In this document: positions 39,200 to 53,109 of the stretch, piece by piece
Position numbering within the stretch: position 1 is the stretch's first letter
Layout of the letters: each line of letters opens with the position of its first letter
Assembly (NCBI RefSeq): GCF_009834535.1
Contig: NC_045697.1
Span: 97,652,001-97,716,000, forward strand
Direction: 5' to 3'
From: Camelus ferus
Lineage: Eukaryota
DNA length: 64,000 bases
Made by a program: the position numbers and the translations under genes
The notes under the pieces: generated by a model
Databases searched by the model: none
The model's input: only the letters and a program-made list of their open reading frames with translations
What the model was told of the DNA's origin: nothing

Positions 39200-39990
39200 C
39201 CTGGACAGGAAGAACCTGATCTGAGAATCATTTGACAATAAAACTCTGATAAATTGTCTACCAGGATACTGAGAGAATTATCAGATAAAGTTACTTACAG
39301 GGGTTGCATTACTATTGAAAGAATTGTGAAGAAGAGAAAGAAGGAAAGATGAAGCTTGTGTTTTCCAGAAGACAGATAAATCACATTCTGATAATTATAA
39401 GCAGATGTGATTATATAGATCCTGCTTAGTTTTCTAGAATTAGATATTTAATACTCACTAGGAGTATTAATGGCTTCATTTAGTACATGTCATTATGACC
39501 AACCTAATTTTCTCCCTTTTTCTTATGTGCTGTTAGCAAGGTATTTGTCAAGGTTTTGCATATAACCTAGTGGATAGGAACAGAAATATGGGTGACGAAG
39601 TTTATAGAGCCTTTTTCATAAAATTTTAACCAATAATATGAATAAAAATTGAATACATTTTACAAAATTTGCAAATAACAGGAAGTGGTCATTAGTGAAA
39701 GTAATTAGAATCTAAAGGAAGTTCAAAGTATTAGAGCAATCAGCCTAGTAGAATGAACTTAAAAGTAGGTAAATATAAATTATTGCATTTGGTTCCAGAA
39801 AGGATGGAAGAAAATGGTAATTTGATTGGATAGCAGTACCTGGGAAGTAAGAAGTTATGACATCTGAATGTTAGATACTAAGCTCAATATCAGTCTCAAT
39901 TGACATTCAGTATATTGGTGTAATATACTAATCCATGTAACTAATACAGTGCTAGCCTAGATTAATAGAATTGTAGTTGTGTTAGACTGC
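39200..39990 (+). mobile_element. Ancient CR1/L3 LINE RT fragment
   Basis: gcaaggtatttgtcaaggtt (KAFDKV-like), aagctcaatatcagtc and ctaatacagtgctagcctagattaatagaa resemble L3 3' RT motifs. Confidence 0.45.
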
Positions 39991-40164
39991 AGAATTTCAG
40001 AATATTGACTTGGGGTTCAAAGTGGCCAAAACTTTCCTCATTGCAGAGCTATCCAAAGATGAAATAAATTTCCTCTGTAGATTGTCTGTTCTCAACTATT
40101 GAAGTTCTCAAAAGTGCAAACTCTGGTGAGAGTATATCCAAATAAACAATCCACACATAATAAG

Positions 40165-40268
40165 AGATAGATAGGTAGATGGGTATCTAGATAGATAGGT
40201 AAGTAGGTAGGTAGGTAGTTAGGAATGTGGGTGGGTGGATGGATGGATGGATGGATAGATAGACAGAT
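40165..40268. repeat. Compound tetranucleotide microsatellite (GATA/GGTA/GGAT)n
   Basis: Directly visible. Confidence 0.9.
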
Positions 40269-40379
40269 ATGCATGCTATGTTAAGCACTTTAGAAGTAAC
40301 CACTTATATATATATATATAATTGCTATGCTATTTATAGATACTTAAATGGCTAATATAACGTAAGGTGTCTAAGAATG

Positions 40380-41911
40380 TTAGGTCTCAGGAAACTTTCA
40401 CACTTCTTAAAAATATTGAGAACCCCAAAGATTTGTTTTCATGTGGATTATAGCTATCAATATTTATCATATAAGAAATTAACATAGACATTTTAAAATA
40501 CGTGTTAATTCAATCAAATGTAACAATAATTAACCTATTTAACATAAATAACATTTTATGAAAAACAGGTATATTTTTAAAAGCAAAAATATTAGTGATA
40601 AATTGGCTTTTTGCAAATCTGTTTACAAATGAGTCATTCATAGACAACTGGATTATCATATCTGCTTCTGTATTCAATCTGTTATACTCTGGGTTTTGGT
40701 TGAAGTACATAAAGAAAATCTGTCCTCACACAAATACACAGGTGGAACAGAGGAGTATTTTAATAGCATTTTCAGATAATCATACATATTTTTGTTGATA
40801 TTATACCAAAATTAAGCAAGTAGTATTACTGTAAAGGTTATTTGCAAGGTGTAATCTAAAACTATATCAAATAATTTTTTCCTTCTGTTTTAATAAAATA
40901 CCTTGATCTATTTTTACACCTTTTCTCAAAGGAAAAAAACCCTCATATTTTAGTACTTTTTTCAAATTAAAGAATTCCTTGAGGTAAACTGACACAACAT
41001 TTATTAGTTTCAGGTATACAATGTGGTGATTTAATATTTTACACTTTGAATGAGTGGGTTAAAATGAACCATTTTGTAAACATCATGCATTCGTTACTTG
41101 GAAAATATTGGTTCAGTGAGTTAGGCAGATCTTCCAAAGGGTGACATATTTCATTAGAGAATATCGAAAAATCACATTCAGTAATACTACCACCAGTCTC
41201 ATCAGAAAAACATTTCAGTATTGGGAAGCTGTGAATTTCATAGTGCTGGTGAATACAAGGTTTTTAAAAGTCCAACTTGAGCTGTCAAGTTCAAATCTTA
41301 TTATTGGCAACAGATACCATCATTAGTTTTCCCTGAAGTTTACTGTATTTATTCTTTGAGAAAACGACTTCAAAATACCCAAATCTGGATTACCTTAGTT
41401 GATATGACAATTGATTTTCAGTTAAAAAATGACGTTTCATGAAAAAGTGGTCATTTCAGTTCATAACTCAGTTGCTCTTCCATAGAACAACCAGCATGCT
41501 ATACTATTTAACAGAAATGTTTTATATGTACTTTCTATTTAGCCATACAGGTTAATAAAAAGATGTGTGCTCAGAGAAATTCTCAAAAATTAATAATTTG
41601 TACTGTTTTCAACAAGGAGAATCTTAAGTAAACTGACTTTCTTCTTTTTCTTCCTTTCCTTTTATAAGCAAATGCATGGTGATGATGATTATAATGATTA
41701 TTAGTACACTTGGATGCTGCTGCCTTGATTCATGCTGAGGCACCAGTGTTTCTACCTGTCTCTGCTTTTTGCATCATCAGTGCAACAGCAACACTATGAA
41801 ATAAGGCAAATAATGTCTCAGTATTATTATGAAAATAAATTTGACCTTACAACCCCCTGAAAATTCTCAGGGAACCCTGGGATTCTACAGAACACACTTT
41901 GAGAGCCTGTG
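40380..41911. mobile_element. hAT-Charlie (Charlie1-like) non-autonomous DNA transposon
   Basis: Charlie1-type termini (tctcaggaaactttcacacttcttaaaaatattgagaaccccaaaga... and ...ccccctgaaaattctcaggga...cacactttgagagcctgtg). Short L1 tail nested at ~40960-41040. Confidence 0.7.
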
Positions 41912-42409
41912 GCATATTGGTTGAAAGTGTTGGGTAAGGAGCTTTCCTGCCTGGGTGTAAATTACAACTCTGACTCTATCTCTATGAGCAAATTACTTAA
42001 ACTTGCTTTGCCTCATTTTACTCCTCTGTAAAATTGAGATAAACCTTATCAAAAAAGTTGTATGAAATTTAGAACAGTAGCTGATATGTAATAAATACTC
42101 AGTTTTTCTTAGCCCTTAGTACTAGTATTAATAAAGCACACTATGAGTTTATTAACTTGGTAGGGTTACTATATGTACTACTCCATTAATTACTTACGCT
42201 GCCCTATTATCTTTGAAATATTTAATAATTTAAATTTTCCACTTCTTTGAACTAGTTTTCTCCATGAGGTAAAAAAAAAAAGTGACAGTTTGAGTGATTT
42301 TCTAAAAAAAACAGTACTTCCCTGCTCCAATTCTATTTTGTTTTCTGGAAAATAAATCAATTTTTTTCCTTCATATATAGCACTTATAAACATCTTTACT
42401 ACATTGTTT

Positions 42410-45400
42410 TTCTTTATTTCTTAATTGAAACATATTTGACCTAGAACATTGTGTAAATTTAAGGTTTATGGCATGTTAATTTGATACATTTATTAGGATT
42501 ACCATTAGGATTACCATCAGTGGCAATAATGAGCACCTCTATCACAATGCACAATTATCATTTCTTTTTAGTGGTTGGAATAATTAAAATTTAATCTCTT
42601 AGCAGGTTTGATTACAATACAGTATGGTTGCCTATATTCTCTATACTGTGCAGCAGTAGATCTCTAGGACTTACTACTTGTTGCAAGTTTGTATTCTTAA
42701 ATAACGTTTGTCCTTTCCTTCCACCCTCACCTACGATTCCTTGGTAACCACCATGTCACTCTTGTTACAAATTTGACTTTTTAAAGATTCCACAGATATG
42801 TGATACCATACATTATTTGTCTATCAGTATCTGTCTTATCTCCCTTAGCATAATGTCCTCGAGTTCTATCCATGTTATTGCATATGGTAGGATGGCCTTC
42901 TTTATCACGGCTGAGTAATATTCCATTGTTCGTGGGTGTGTGTATAAATATCACATTTTTTTTCTTCATTCATCCATTGATGGTCACTTAGGTTGTTTCC
43001 TTACTTAGGCTAATTTGAATAATGCTGCAATAATTGAGAGTACATATATTTCTTTTATATCCTATTTTCATTTCCTTTGGGTATGTACCCCAGAGTGGAA
43101 TTGCTGGACCATATGGTAGATCGATTTTTAATTTTTTGAGAAACATTCACATTGTTTTCTATAGTGGCTGCACAAATTTATATTCACACTAACAATGTGT
43201 GAGGTTTCTCTTTTCTCCACATCCTTGCCAACACTTATTTCTTGTTTTTGTTTGTTTGTTTGTTTTGATGATAGCCACTCTGATATGTGTGAAGTGATAT
43301 TTCAATGTGTTTTTGACTTGTGTATCCCTGATAATTCGTTCTGTTGAGCATCTTTTCATGTACCTCTTGGCCTTTTGGATGTCTTCTTTGAGAAATGTCT
43401 CTGGTTCCTCTGATCATTTTTAAATTGGATTTTTGTTTTGTTTTTGAGTTGTATTAGTTCTTGATATATTTTGGATATTAACTCTATCCAGTATGGTTTG
43501 AAAATACATTTTTTACCCATTCCTTTAGTTGCTGTTTCATTTTTTTGTTTTTCTGTTCAGAGCTTTTAAGTTGATGTAGTCCCTTTTGTTGATATTTGCT
43601 CTTGCTTATGTTTTTGGTAACACAGACAAAAAGTTGTTGACAAAACTAATATTGAGTACTTCTTCCCTCTGTTTTCTTCTAGAAGTATTATGGTGTCAGG
43701 TGTTATGTTTAAGTCTTTGATCCATTTGGAGTTATTTTGTGCAAGTGGTGTAAGATAGGGATATCATTTCATTATTCTGCATGCATTTGTACAGTTTTCC
43801 CAGCACCATTTGTTGAAGAGATTTGTCCTTTTCCCATTGGATGTTCTTGACTCTCTTGTCAAATATTAATTTTTTTGTATATTTGGGGTTTAATTCTTGG
43901 TTCTCTATTCTGTTCCACTGGTTTATTCATCTATTTTTATGCCAGTGCCATGCCATTTAAATTATTGTAGCTTTGTACTAGTTTGAAATCAGAACATATG
44001 GTGACTTGGGTTTTGTTCTTTCTAAGAGTTCTTTTGGCTATTTGGGGTCTTTTGTGGTTCTATACAAGATTTAGGGGTTTTGTTTGTTTGTTTGTTTTCT
44101 GAGAAGAAGACCATTGTAATTTTGGTAGAAATTTTGTGAATCTACAGATGGCTTTGGGTAGTATGGACATTTTAATGTTATTACTTCTTTCAATCCATGG
44201 ACATTGGGGGCGGGGTCTTTTAATTTTTTTTATGATATCTTTGATTTCTTGCAATGCAGTCTTGCAGTTTTTATTATGAAGATCTTTCACTTCCTTGCTT
44301 AAATTGATTCCTAGGTATTTTATTGCTTTTGATGCTATTGTGAATAGAATAGTTTTAATTTTTTTTCAAATGTTTCATTATTAGCATGTAGAAATGCTAT
44401 TGATTTCTGTATGTTGATTTTATATCCTCCAACATTAATGAATTCATTGATCAGTTCCAACAACTTTCTGGTCAAGTCTGGGATTTTTTTTATAAACAAA
44501 ATCATACTGTCTGCCATCAGTGACAATTTTACTTCTTCCTTTTGAATTTGGATGCATTTTATTTCTTTGTCTTGCCTTATTGCTCTAGCTAGGACTTCCA
44601 GTGCATTATTGAATAAGAGGGGTGAGAGTGGGCATCCTTGTCTTGTTCCTAATCTTAGAGGAAAACTTTCAGTATTTCACCACTGGGTATAATGTTATCT
44701 GTGGGTTTGTTGTATATGGCCTTCATTACATTGAGGTATGTTTCTACTGTATCCTATCTGTTGAGAATTTGTATCATGAAAATGTTTCATTTTGTCAAAT
44801 ACTTTTTCTGCATCTACTGAGATGATCATGTAATTGTTATCTTTTATTCCACTGTCACATATTACATTTATTGAATTGCATATGCTGAAACATACTTGCA
44901 TCCCATGGATAAATCCCATTTGGTCATAGTGTATTATCCTTTTAATGTGTTCTTTAATTCAGGTTGCTAATATTTTGTTGGAAAAATTTACATATATATT
45001 TTTATCAGGGATATTGGTCTAGTTTTTTGTTGTTGTTTTGGTTTTGATAGTGTTCTTATCTGGTTTTACTATCAGAGTAATGCTGGATCATAGAATGAGT
45101 TTGGAAATGTTCTCTCTTCAATATTTTGGAAGAGTTTGAGAAGCACTGGCATGAATTCTTCTTTAAATGTTTGATAGAATTCACTAGTGAAGCCATCTGA
45201 TCCTGGCGTTTTCTGTGTTGGCAGTCTTTTCCTTACTGATTGAATCTCTTTACTCATTATTGCTCTATTGAGATTTTCTATTTCTCCCTGATTTAGTGTT
45301 GGTAGCTTGTGTATTTCTAGGAATCAACATTTTCCCTAGGTTATATAATTTGTTGGCATATGATTGTTCGCAGTACAGGTGTACTTTATTTTTTTGCCCT

Positions 45401-48400
45401 TTGCTTTAGTGCACTTCCGAGATACTGCATTTTTAATAAATTGAAGGTTTGTGGCAACCCTAAGTCAAGCAAGTCCATCAATGCCATTTTGCAATAGTAT
45501 GTGTTTGCTTCATGTCTGTGTGTCACATTTTGGTAATTCTCACAATATTTCAAACTTTCCATTATTATATTTGTTATGGTGATCTGTCATCAGTGATCTT
45601 TTGATGTAATGTTGCAAAAAGATTAAGACTTGTTGAATGCTCAGATGATGGTTAGCAATAAAGTATTTTTAGCAATAAAGTATTTTGAATTAAGTTATGC
45701 ACATTGTTTTTTTAGACATAATATTGCACAGTTAATAGACTACAAATAGACTACAGTATAGTGTAAACATAACTTTTACATGCACTGGAAAACCAAAACA
45801 CTTGTGTGACTTGCTTTATTATAGTATTTGCTTTATTGGGGTAGTCTGAAACTGAATCCATAATGTCCCTGGGTTATGCCTATAGTCTCCTATGACCCTA
45901 TGTATTTCTGTAGTATCAGTTGTAATCTTTTCTTTAATTTCTGTTTTTATTTATTTGAGTCTTCTCTCTCTTTTTCTTTGTGAGCCCAGCTGAAGGTTTC
46001 TAAATTTTGTTGCTCTTTTTGAAAAACCAGCTCTTAGCTTCATTGATCCTTTTTATTGTTTTTCTCATCTCTATTTCATTTATTTCCATTCTGATCTTTA
46101 TTGTTTCCTTCCTTCTGCTACATTTCTACTTAAATTGTTCCTCTTGTTCTAATTCCTTGAGATATAGGTTGTTTACTTAATCTTTCTTTTCTTGATGTCA
46201 ACATTTATTGCCATGAACTTCCCTGTTAGAACTGCTTTTGCAGTATCTCACAGGATTTGATAAGTTGTGTTTCCAATTTTATTTGTTTTGAAAGGTTTTT
46301 TTTATTAATTTCCCTTTTGATTCTTTGTTTAATCATTGTTTAAGTCTGTTAATATTTGCTCTATTTAGGTGCTCCTAAGTTAGATGCATACATATTTATA
46401 AATACTATATCTTCTTCCTGGATTTGACCTCTCATTATGTAATTACTTTCTTTGTCTCTTATTAAAGTCTGTTTTGTCTGATATTAGTATAGCTACCCCA
46501 ACTTCTTTGGGTTTCCATTTGCATGGAATATCTTTTTCTATGCCCCCACTTTCAGTCTGTGTGTGTCCTTACATCTGAAGCAAGTCTCTTTTAGGCATCA
46601 TATGAATAGGTCTTGTTTTTGTCCATTCAGCCATTTGTCTCTTGACTGGAGAATTTAGTCCATTAACATTTAAAGTCATTATTGAAAGATACGTACTTAT
46701 GGCCATTTTGTTCATTATTTTCTGACTGTTTTGTAGTTCCTCTCTGTTCCTTCTCTTGCTCTCTCCCTTTGTGGTTTGATGACTTTTTCTACTGGTATGC
46801 TTAGATTTCTTCTTTATCTGCTGTGTACCAAACTATAGGCTTTTGCTTTGTGGTGACCATAAGACTTTCTATCTCTTTGAAGTTCTTACTTCAAAGTGGT
46901 CATGCATTCTTTATCAGAGTTAATGAACATCTTTTGACCATTACTTTGAACTCTTTATCAGGTAAGTTACTTATCTCTGCTTTATTCATTCTCCCGCCTG
47001 AGGTTTTATCTTACTCTTCCCTTTGTAAAATATTCCTCGATTTCTTTATTTCCCTTGACTCTCTCTGTTGGTTTTTACACATTACATAAAACAGTGGCCT
47101 CTCCCAGTCTTGAAGGAGTGGCTTCATGTAGGAGATGGATCTTATTGTTCTATCCTGTCCTGGCTCTTGTTTTTCTTAAATCTGTGTGACTGACAGTGCA
47201 GTCTGTTTTACTTTTAATGGTTCCCAGTAGTTAATGTTGTGCAAGACTTGTCATTGTCCTAAAGGTGAGGATCTTATTTAGCACCTAGATTCAAAATGAT
47301 TGGAAACCAGACCCTCAGGCAGCAGCTGTTAAGGTATACAAATATATGCAGTCCTGTGGGAGTGCAAGTGTAAGTATCACTGACTGCCAGAGCCATGGAA
47401 CCAAGGGGTATAGCCTGGTCAGCAGTCACAGAAATCAGGGCTCCAAGTAAGTGTATAAGCTCCTTCCCAGGAGATACCTGTGAGCTGTAGCAAGGCAGAA
47501 GGAGAGTAAGATGGCATCCACCTTTCTGAATTACCTGAGAGTAGCTCCATAGTCCCCCTAGGTGTGCACCATACCTGAAGCCTGCTCCTCAGGCTAAAAC
47601 TCCAGAATAAGCAATGAGTCCTCTTTCACACAAAGACTTTGGGTGTGTTTCAGTCTGCCTGTGTGTGTGATGCCATGGGGGTGGTAGCCCACTGAGAACT
47701 CTCTCTCTGATTGTTAAATCCCATGGGACCCAGGAACACAAGTTCCCGTGGCATCCCTTGGGTGGCAGCTGCAGAAACTGAGGCATCAGACACTTGTAAA
47801 AGCTTCCCTTTGGGAGGCACTGTTCCTCCAGAGCATGGCAGTTGGGGAACACAGAGATAGCATCCACTCTCCGAGGTCTCCGTAAAGATTACAGTGTGTT
47901 GAATTAAAATCCTGCCCCTCAGGCTACAGCTGTGATGATAAGCTAAGAGAGGCTGAGTACCTGAGTCTACTGCCTTTTGCTGTGCCCTGTGAGAATTAGC
48001 CACTTGAGCTTTTTTTTTTTTTTCTCCGTTGGTTACAGACCAGTGGGACCCATGAACATAAGCCCCATTGGCCACCAGAGCCAAGTAATATACAGATGTC
48101 CCCTAGCCACAGGCAATAACTCAGGTGCCAGACAAAGGTGTAAGCGATTTTCTGAATGATACCACTGAGCTAGACTGAGGCAGCATACAAAGACTGCATC
48201 CACCAGCCTTTGTTCTCTGAGAGCACCGCCACAGGGCTCTAGATGTGTGTCTAACCAGAAGCATGCCACTCAGACCAGAGTTCCTGGACAAGCAAATAGG
48301 CTTCTTTCACAGAGAGACTGAGGTGCATTTCCATCTGGTATCTGTGCAGCACTCTGGGCTGATAGTCTGCCAAGAACTGTCTCCATGATTGTTTCAGTCC

Positions 48401-49410
48401 CAGCAGGACCCAGGATCACAAGCTTCCCTGGCCTCCAGAGCCAAGGTGATCAAAGGGTGTCCCCTGGGCTGCAGCCATTAAAACTGGGGCTTCTGACTTA
48501 AAAACCAGGGACCTAGATGAGTGTACAAGTCCCCATCTGAGAGATACTTGTGCTCTCAAGTTACCCACTGACTGAAGTAGGCAGAAGTAGAATGTAAAGG
48601 CTGTAACTGCTAGGGGAGGAGAAAAAAAAAAAAAAAGATGGCATCCACTGGGGGGCTAGACAGAAGGAGAGTATACAGACAGCACCCACCAGGGAGGAAA
48701 GTGAAGAGAAAAGAAGGTGGAACCCACTGGCTAGAGCAAGGCAGAGGGAAAGCATGTAAATGGCACCCACTGTGGGGAGGGAGAGAGGACAGATGGTGCT
48801 GGCTGGAGTGAGACAGAGGACAGAGGGAGGGCAGGAAGATGGTACCTGCCAGCCAGCAAGTCCTTAGATGTGTACTAAATTGGATTTCTGTCCCTGAGGC
48901 TGATGCTTCAAGATTAGCAAATGAGCCTCTTCCACCTAAAATCTGGGCATCTCTTGGTTGGGTGCCTCTGCACTGAGCCCTGAAGTGGGTGAGTTTATGC
49001 ATGGGCCTTTTAAGAGCCTTGTGCTCTCATGGATTTGAGTCTCATTGGTTTCAAAGCTAAATGTTTTGGAAGCTCATCTCTCAGGTGCAGGTCTTAAAAG
49101 TTGGGTCACCCAATGTGTGGTTCAAACCCTTCAGTCCACAGAGAGAACCTCCAGGTTTTGAGTTCCCTTTTGATTGTGGGTCCTAGCCCTGGGAGTGGGA
49201 TTCATGGTGAGATTGTGTTCCAGCCTCTCCTACCCAATAAAAGGTGGATTTTTTTTTTTTTTTCTCATTTGCCCGATGTGTAGGAGTTGCTCAGCCAGTG
49301 TTTTAAGTTTTTCCAGAGGAAGTTGTTCCATATGTAACTGCAGACTTGGTGTGTCCATGGTGGGAAGTGAGTTCAGAATTCTGCTAAGTTGCTTTCTTGA
49401 ACTGGAACCC
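42410..49410 (-). mobile_element. Long LINE-1 retaining its 5'UTR but with internal deletions (most of ORF1 and part of ORF2 missing)
   Basis: 3'UTR at ~42410-42800, ORF2 fragments at 44060-45257 ([25 protein letters not shown]), repeat-containing 5'UTR at ~47080-49410. 5' end gggttccagttcaagaaagc on the minus strand. Confidence 0.88.
45376..45882 (+). mobile_element. Tigger1 internal-deletion derivative (~500 bp) inserted in L1 ORF2
   Basis: Starts CAGGTGTAC, ends TTATGCCTA, TA TSD (45374-45375 / 45883-45884). Tigger1 motifs aaattgaaggtttgtggcaaccc and atagactacagtatagtgtaaacataactttta. Removing it restores the L1 sequence tgttcgcagtagtctcctatga. Confidence 0.9.
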
Positions 49411-51469
49411 AGCACTTTGATTATTAAAATGCAGATGGTTATCACATAGGGACAGGCTAGGAACAGATAGCCCCAGTTGTCTGCTTGCCGTGCAATAATA
49501 GTAAAATCATCGGAATGGCTACTTTTCATCATAAATGAGTTATTCTTCACAATCAATTCTTGGTATACTAGGTCTAACCATAAAAATATGTATAGCAGAT
49601 ATATATAGCCAATTCTTGTCTTCAATAGATTCTTGTTTCAAAGTATCTCAAGCACCTAGCTGGACAGTCAGGTTCGATGTCCTTCTACAATACAAGACAT
49701 GGTATTATCCTTTAATGATTTAGCTTTTTAAAAGATAGAATTAATATTTCAATTACAGAAATGTGTTCTGCTCTTCCAAAATAAAATTTAAGTAATTTAC
49801 ATAATAGAAAACTCTTTTCATTAGTTTGAAAATGCTCTTAAAGTGAAGTCTTATTTTATACAGAGTTCCAAGGATACTTGAAACTTCAAAATACTGGGAG
49901 TATGAAGTTAATGAATTAAAATTTCCCTGTTTTTCTGGAAAATATAAACATTTTATATAAATACAAAAATGTTGCTTTTTAAAAAACTGTGATTGCAGTT
50001 GGAACATGTAAATACTTGCATGTTTCAGCAAGGAATTGTCAGTGTTTAGCTTCATTTATTGGTGGAATCTTATTTCCTAACTTGCCTTAATAGTATCTTA
50101 CCTTTTTCTTATGGTTTTATTTAAGTTTTAATATTTAAATGAGCTAATTATAAAAATTTCATAACCAGTCTCTTCTAGTTGTCTTGAAATTTAAAACTAT
50201 TGAGCAGCAATTTAGTCAAATTAAAATCTTCCACATTCAGAATAAACTGAAGAAATGAGACTGAAAAATCAGAGGCTCTGAATATTTAAGCAATAATCAT
50301 TGTTATATGGAAGGAAGAATAAGTAACGTAATTAATTACTAACTTTATTAAAATCTTTTAAAATGAGATAAATTTTTCCCTGTGATAAAAAAACATCAGG
50401 AAGCTGGGATGGTGGGACAGGAGCTGGAAGAGAAAGACAGAAAGAAAAGAGGAAGGGCCGAAACGGTTACGACTTGTCGTTCTCCCTTGACTGAAGCTGA
50501 TCTTCTTGTCGCCTGGCTCTCTGGTGAAAAGAGGTCCCTCATTTTAGAAGATGGAATTTGAGGGAGAGTAATCCATTAGGATCAAGGGCATCCTGTTTCA
50601 TAATTCCCAGGAATTAGAAGGAATCGGAATCTTCTACATATTGATCGGAATTTAATTGTGAAAACTTTGTGACATGAAAGAGTTATATATATTATATAAA
50701 TATTAGGAATAAGAGTTATAGAAAGAACAGTCATAGAAGAACCTTGGAAGTGTGGAACAATAGACGGGTGGGGAAATCTGGGTAGGTTGTCATGGTGGGG
50801 GGGTGGTCAACCACAAGCAAAATAGTAAAGTAAAAGTTACTGAAGGTCTTGGAGACAAACAGATTTCGACTATTCAGCTGAAAGTGAAACACCTCTCATA
50901 GCCATTTTATCTAGCGCCCAGCTACTTTGGACCACTGTACTGCTTTTGAATTATTAGCATAGATTTTCATTTCTATTTATAAATACCTGTACTTTAGTTC
51001 TGAAATACATCCAACATACAGCACCTAAAGCAAACTCTGCCATACCTTTGGGGGCCAACTACATTACAAAGGTTATGAAAAGGAGAGCTTCAGGTGGGTT
51101 CAGGGTTGTTGTTATTATCAAACTAGCAGAAGCCAGGCAAAGAATTTATGAGGAAAGAATTAATGTGATTGGAAGCAGGTCCCCAATTCCTTCCTAGAGC
51201 CTCAAAGAGGTACACACATATTTTGGTCAGGACTGCCTTTGTGATGGGAATAATCTGATAGACCAGAAGAGACCAGAGTCAGGGGCTTGCAGCCTTTTTC
51301 TCCAATCCACTAATCTTATTTCATTGAGGTTCCTCACTGTTCAACCACTGTTTGTCATCATGAGTAAGTATAGATCAATATAGGCAAAGTGGACAACCAG
51401 GTGCACTGGTCAAAATTCTACCAATTGCAAAGATTTCTCTTCCCACTGACTCTCTAAAGAAGGTTTGTT

Positions 51470-51690
51470 CTTTTTTTTAAATCTCATTTTGTATTGAAGT
51501 GTAGTCAATTTACAATGCTAGTTTCATGTATGCAGCAAAGGATTCAGCTATACATATACATACATTTTTTTCAGATTCCTTTCCATTAAAGCTCATTACA
51601 AGAAACTGAATATAGTTCCCTGTGCTATACGGTGCGTCCTTGTTATTTAACTATTTTATTTATAGTATTGTGTGTCTATTAATTCTACAG
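51470..51690 (-). mobile_element. Short LINE-1 3' tail
   Basis: gtattgaagtgtagtcaatttacaatg...atagttccctgtgctatac, shared with the L1 tails at 17794, 25050 and 33590. Confidence 0.8.
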
Positions 51691-51899
51691 ACTTCCATTT
51701 GAGTTTAGAGATATAGCGCCATCTAGAGGACAGGTACAATTTTTTTTCTTAGTCACCCAGTCATAGGAACTCTTCGTGAGATGACAAGGGTTGACAAAGA
51801 TACAGCAATAAAACAGGGATGAGTGCACGCACTTGGGAGCTCAAGGAACCTGCTCAAGCAGCACAGTTGTGTCTTCAGGACCTTCTTCAGGACCACCTC

Positions 51900-52790
51900 T
51901 TCTAGGCACTGCGGACTCAGCAGTGACGTATGGAGTTTACCTTCTAGGAGATGCAGATTGAAAAAAAGTTAAAAGGACATGTTTTATGTACAGTAGTGAA
52001 TGCTAGAGAGAAATTTCTTTAAATAAATGAAAGAAGGTAGAGGAAATGATGGTTGTGATTTCATATTGAGCCCCGTGTGGCTGGAGCACAGTGAAAAAGA
52101 AGAGTGGAAAATTATGAGAATGCTGCTGACGGCAGCCTGATGATTTACAACCTACTAAACGTTTATTTCTCTGTGTGAATTAGGACGCCATTAGAGAGCT
52201 TTGAGCAAAGATGTGACTGCATTTGGCTTACATTCAAGTAGGATCGTACAGGCTTTAGAGTGCAGACTGAAGGCATGAAGTTAGGAGTGTTTTGCAATTA
52301 TCCAGGATAATGATAATGGTCGCTTGGACCAGAGTGGTTAGTGGTGAAGGTGGTAGGAGGTATTAGAACCTTGGGCCCACAGGATTTTTTGGTAAGTTAG
52401 ATATGGTTTATAAGAGAAAGAGGAGAAATGGTTTTAAGAACTGGAAGGAACTAAGATGAGGAACACTTGCAGAGCCAGACTGTGGGGATGCAAAATGATA
52501 TCAGTTCTGGGCATGTTAATTTGGGGTACCATCAGGCAGTTGTATGTATGTCATACATATACATAGGATAGAAATTGGGAATTAACATCCTGGAGATGTT
52601 TAAATCTCTGGGACCATGTGAGATCACGTGGGTGAGTAATCCAGAGAGAAAAAAAGGAGTCTGCACACTGAGCCCTGGGTGACCCAGTGCTGAGGTCAGA
52701 GACATGAGCAGGAACCAGCAGGGGAGCGAGATGCAGTAGCCAGTGAAGAAGCCAGAAATCCAGGAGTGTGCATGTCACGTGAGTGTCGGG
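51900..52790 (-). mobile_element. LINE-2 fragments
   Basis: L2-like motifs (ccgtgtggctggagcacagtg, cttggaccagagtggt, ggaccatgtgagatcacgtgggtgagt). Confidence 0.6.
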
Positions 52791-53109
52791 GAAGCGTGAT
52801 TAGACTTACAGGGTCGACTTTTACATTTCATTCTCCGCATTTTATAATCCCTTCCATAGTACCATTTATTGTGACTCAGCGCTGAATTCTGGGTACTTTC
52901 CTTAGGGGCAGTACAGCAGAGTGGCTGATAGCGCAGGTCGCAGAGCCAGTCTGCCTGTCACTGACAAACTCCAGCCAGCCAGAATGTACTGACAAACACA
53001 CTTATAATGAAATTAATAACAACCAGCAATAGAAAACATGGCATGGCAGTTACTTGTTCAGCACTTGTAGGCTTGGCTAGCACTCGAGGCCTTAGTTATT
53101 ATCTCATTT

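Noticed and set aside
47589..49625. Cluster of 60-144-aa ORFs
   Set aside because: They fall in the GC-richer L1 5'UTR and have no domain similarity.
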